A stretch of 64,000 bases of DNA from Psammoneis japonica (Eukaryota), in assembly GCA_008632985.1 (NCBI GenBank), contig QPGO01000016.1:654840-718839 (forward strand), in the 5' to 3' direction. Positions 62,801-64,000 of this stretch are shown in pieces; the stretch's first letter is position 1; every line of letters starts with the position of its first letter. Below the pieces are notes generated by a model. That model saw only the letters and a program-made list of their open reading frames with translations. It ran no database searches and was not told the origin of the DNA. The position numbers and the translations under genes were made by a program.

Positions 62801-63286
62801 CTATGGTTCTGATACGGGTGAAAGGGGCCTGATCTGTGGGAGGGGCTTGACCTGTGGGAGGGGCTCGGTGATGACTGATTTGGTCTTGGGCGGCTTCTTG
62901 GCTTTGACTGGCTGGAGCGGAGATGTCACAGGCGGCAGCGGTTCGGTTATGACCGCTTTGTTGGTCGGTTGCTTCTTTTCAGGAGGCTTGCCACCACGCT
63001 TGACGGGTCTTTCTTTTTTATTCTTGACCCGCTCAGGCTTTCCGCGCCCTTCTCTCTTTTCCTCGTTCTTCTTGCGCCCTGTCTTTTTCGGACGTTTCGC
63101 GTTGTCGCGCTTTGATGCTTTGTTGCTCTTTTCGGCAGCGTGCTTCTTCGAAGAGCCCCGGCCCCGAAGCCCACGACGTGCTCTAGCTACAATAGAATCG
63201 ATCGGTCGTTTGTTGCTGTCAATGTCTATAGACGTGTAGAAGACAGCGAGAGAGAACAATAGGAGAGCGGCAGCGGCTAGTTTCAT
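62801..63286 (-). CDS. Secreted Lys/Pro-rich protein
   Basis: Signal-like MKLAAAALLLFSLAVFYTS, RRGLRG, Lys-rich middle and VITEPLP repeats. Confidence 0.7.
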   Translation of the reverse strand: MKLAAAALLLFSLAVFYTSIDIDSNKRPIDSIVARARRGLRGRGSSKKHAAEKSNKASKRDNAKRPKKTGRKKNEEKREGRGKPERVKNKKERPVKRGGKPPEKKQPTNKAVITEPLPPVTSPLQPVKAKKPPKTKSVITEPLPQVKPLPQIRPLSPVSEP

Positions 63287-63768
63287 GGTGACGAAAATTG
63301 ATAATATACTCCAAGTAATTGTGAATTGTGAGAGCCTTCACAACATTTCAACAGGTAGGTCACAACAATCTCCAAGATTATGACTGTTGAAGAATGACTG
63401 TATCGAAACACATTATATTATTTTTTATTTGGTAATAAAAGCGATGAATTACTCAACATTTAGACACTGCGTATATCCAAAAACACTTATGCCCCATGAC
63501 TGATTGAAGAAGTTTGGTAGCCCATTTGCGAATTGAAAAAGATCGGCTTCAAAATTACAAGTCAAAAGAGAGGAGACGAGAGAGAGAGGAGAGGTACTTA
63601 TGTACTCTCTCTTGTAGCAGGAGGCGAAAACCAAAGGCGCAAATGAGATTGATCTCTTGCACTGTCATACGCTGCCCTCTCGTGTTCCAATACTAGGCTT
63701 CCACTATTCACCAAACAAATTTCCGTCGTCTCGTACACTAGCTAGCCGAACGCAAGTGCATCACCGGC

Positions 63769-64000
63769 ATGTCCGTTTCGCCAGAAGAGAATCATCCACC
63801 GCTGACTTCGTCAAGTTGGTATTTTGGCGTTGCAGTCACCCTCTGTCTTGCTGTGGCATGTCACTGGGTCTTGTTCCGTCGTGTAGACTCGCAGGAAGAA
63901 AAGCCCTTGTTGAGTGAACGAGAGTCACGAGAAAAATGGCTCGCAGAGTTGGAAATCAATCGAAAACAACAACAAGCGGAGGCACGGAAACAGGCAGAAG
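63769..64000 (+). CDS. 5' part of a probable membrane-anchored protein (runs off the window)
   Basis: Open frame MSVSPEENHPPLTSSSWYFGVAVTLCLAVACHWVLFRRVDSQEEK..KQAE with one TM helix followed by a charged helix. Confidence 0.6.
   Translation, partial: MSVSPEENHPPLTSSSWYFGVAVTLCLAVACHWVLFRRVDSQEEKPLLSERESREKWLAELEINRKQQQAEARKQAE

Overview
Eukaryotic, pennate-diatom-like genomic DNA: compact genes, short GT-AG introns and bipartite plastid-targeting presequences. About 20 host genes are present: RAB3GAP1, an EDR2-like PH/DUF1336 protein, a histidine phosphatase, a GNAT, thioredoxin, Aquarius, NDUFA12, a Spondin_N protein, a class-3 lipase, a broken metallopeptidase and several Lys/Ser-rich secreted, silaffin-like proteins. 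Several carry single-base frameshifts that may be assembly errors. The genes are interrupted by repeat-derived domains at about 1-845, 17050-19100 and 31845-53410. The largest holds a Ty3/Gypsy element with two ~395-bp LTR-like copies, a nested 12.5-kb Plavaka-type DNA transposon with cargo ORFs, and a piggyBac-like MITE. The main observation is that these repeat domains have lost almost all TpA dinucleotides by TA->TG and TA->CA changes (A:T->G:C on either strand). Conserved Tyr codons in the transposon proteins have become Cys or His (RT YIDD -> HIDD; no Tyr in a 400-aa pol ORF). This looks like a repeat-targeted hypermutation running opposite to fungal RIP. A sequencing artefact still has to be excluded.
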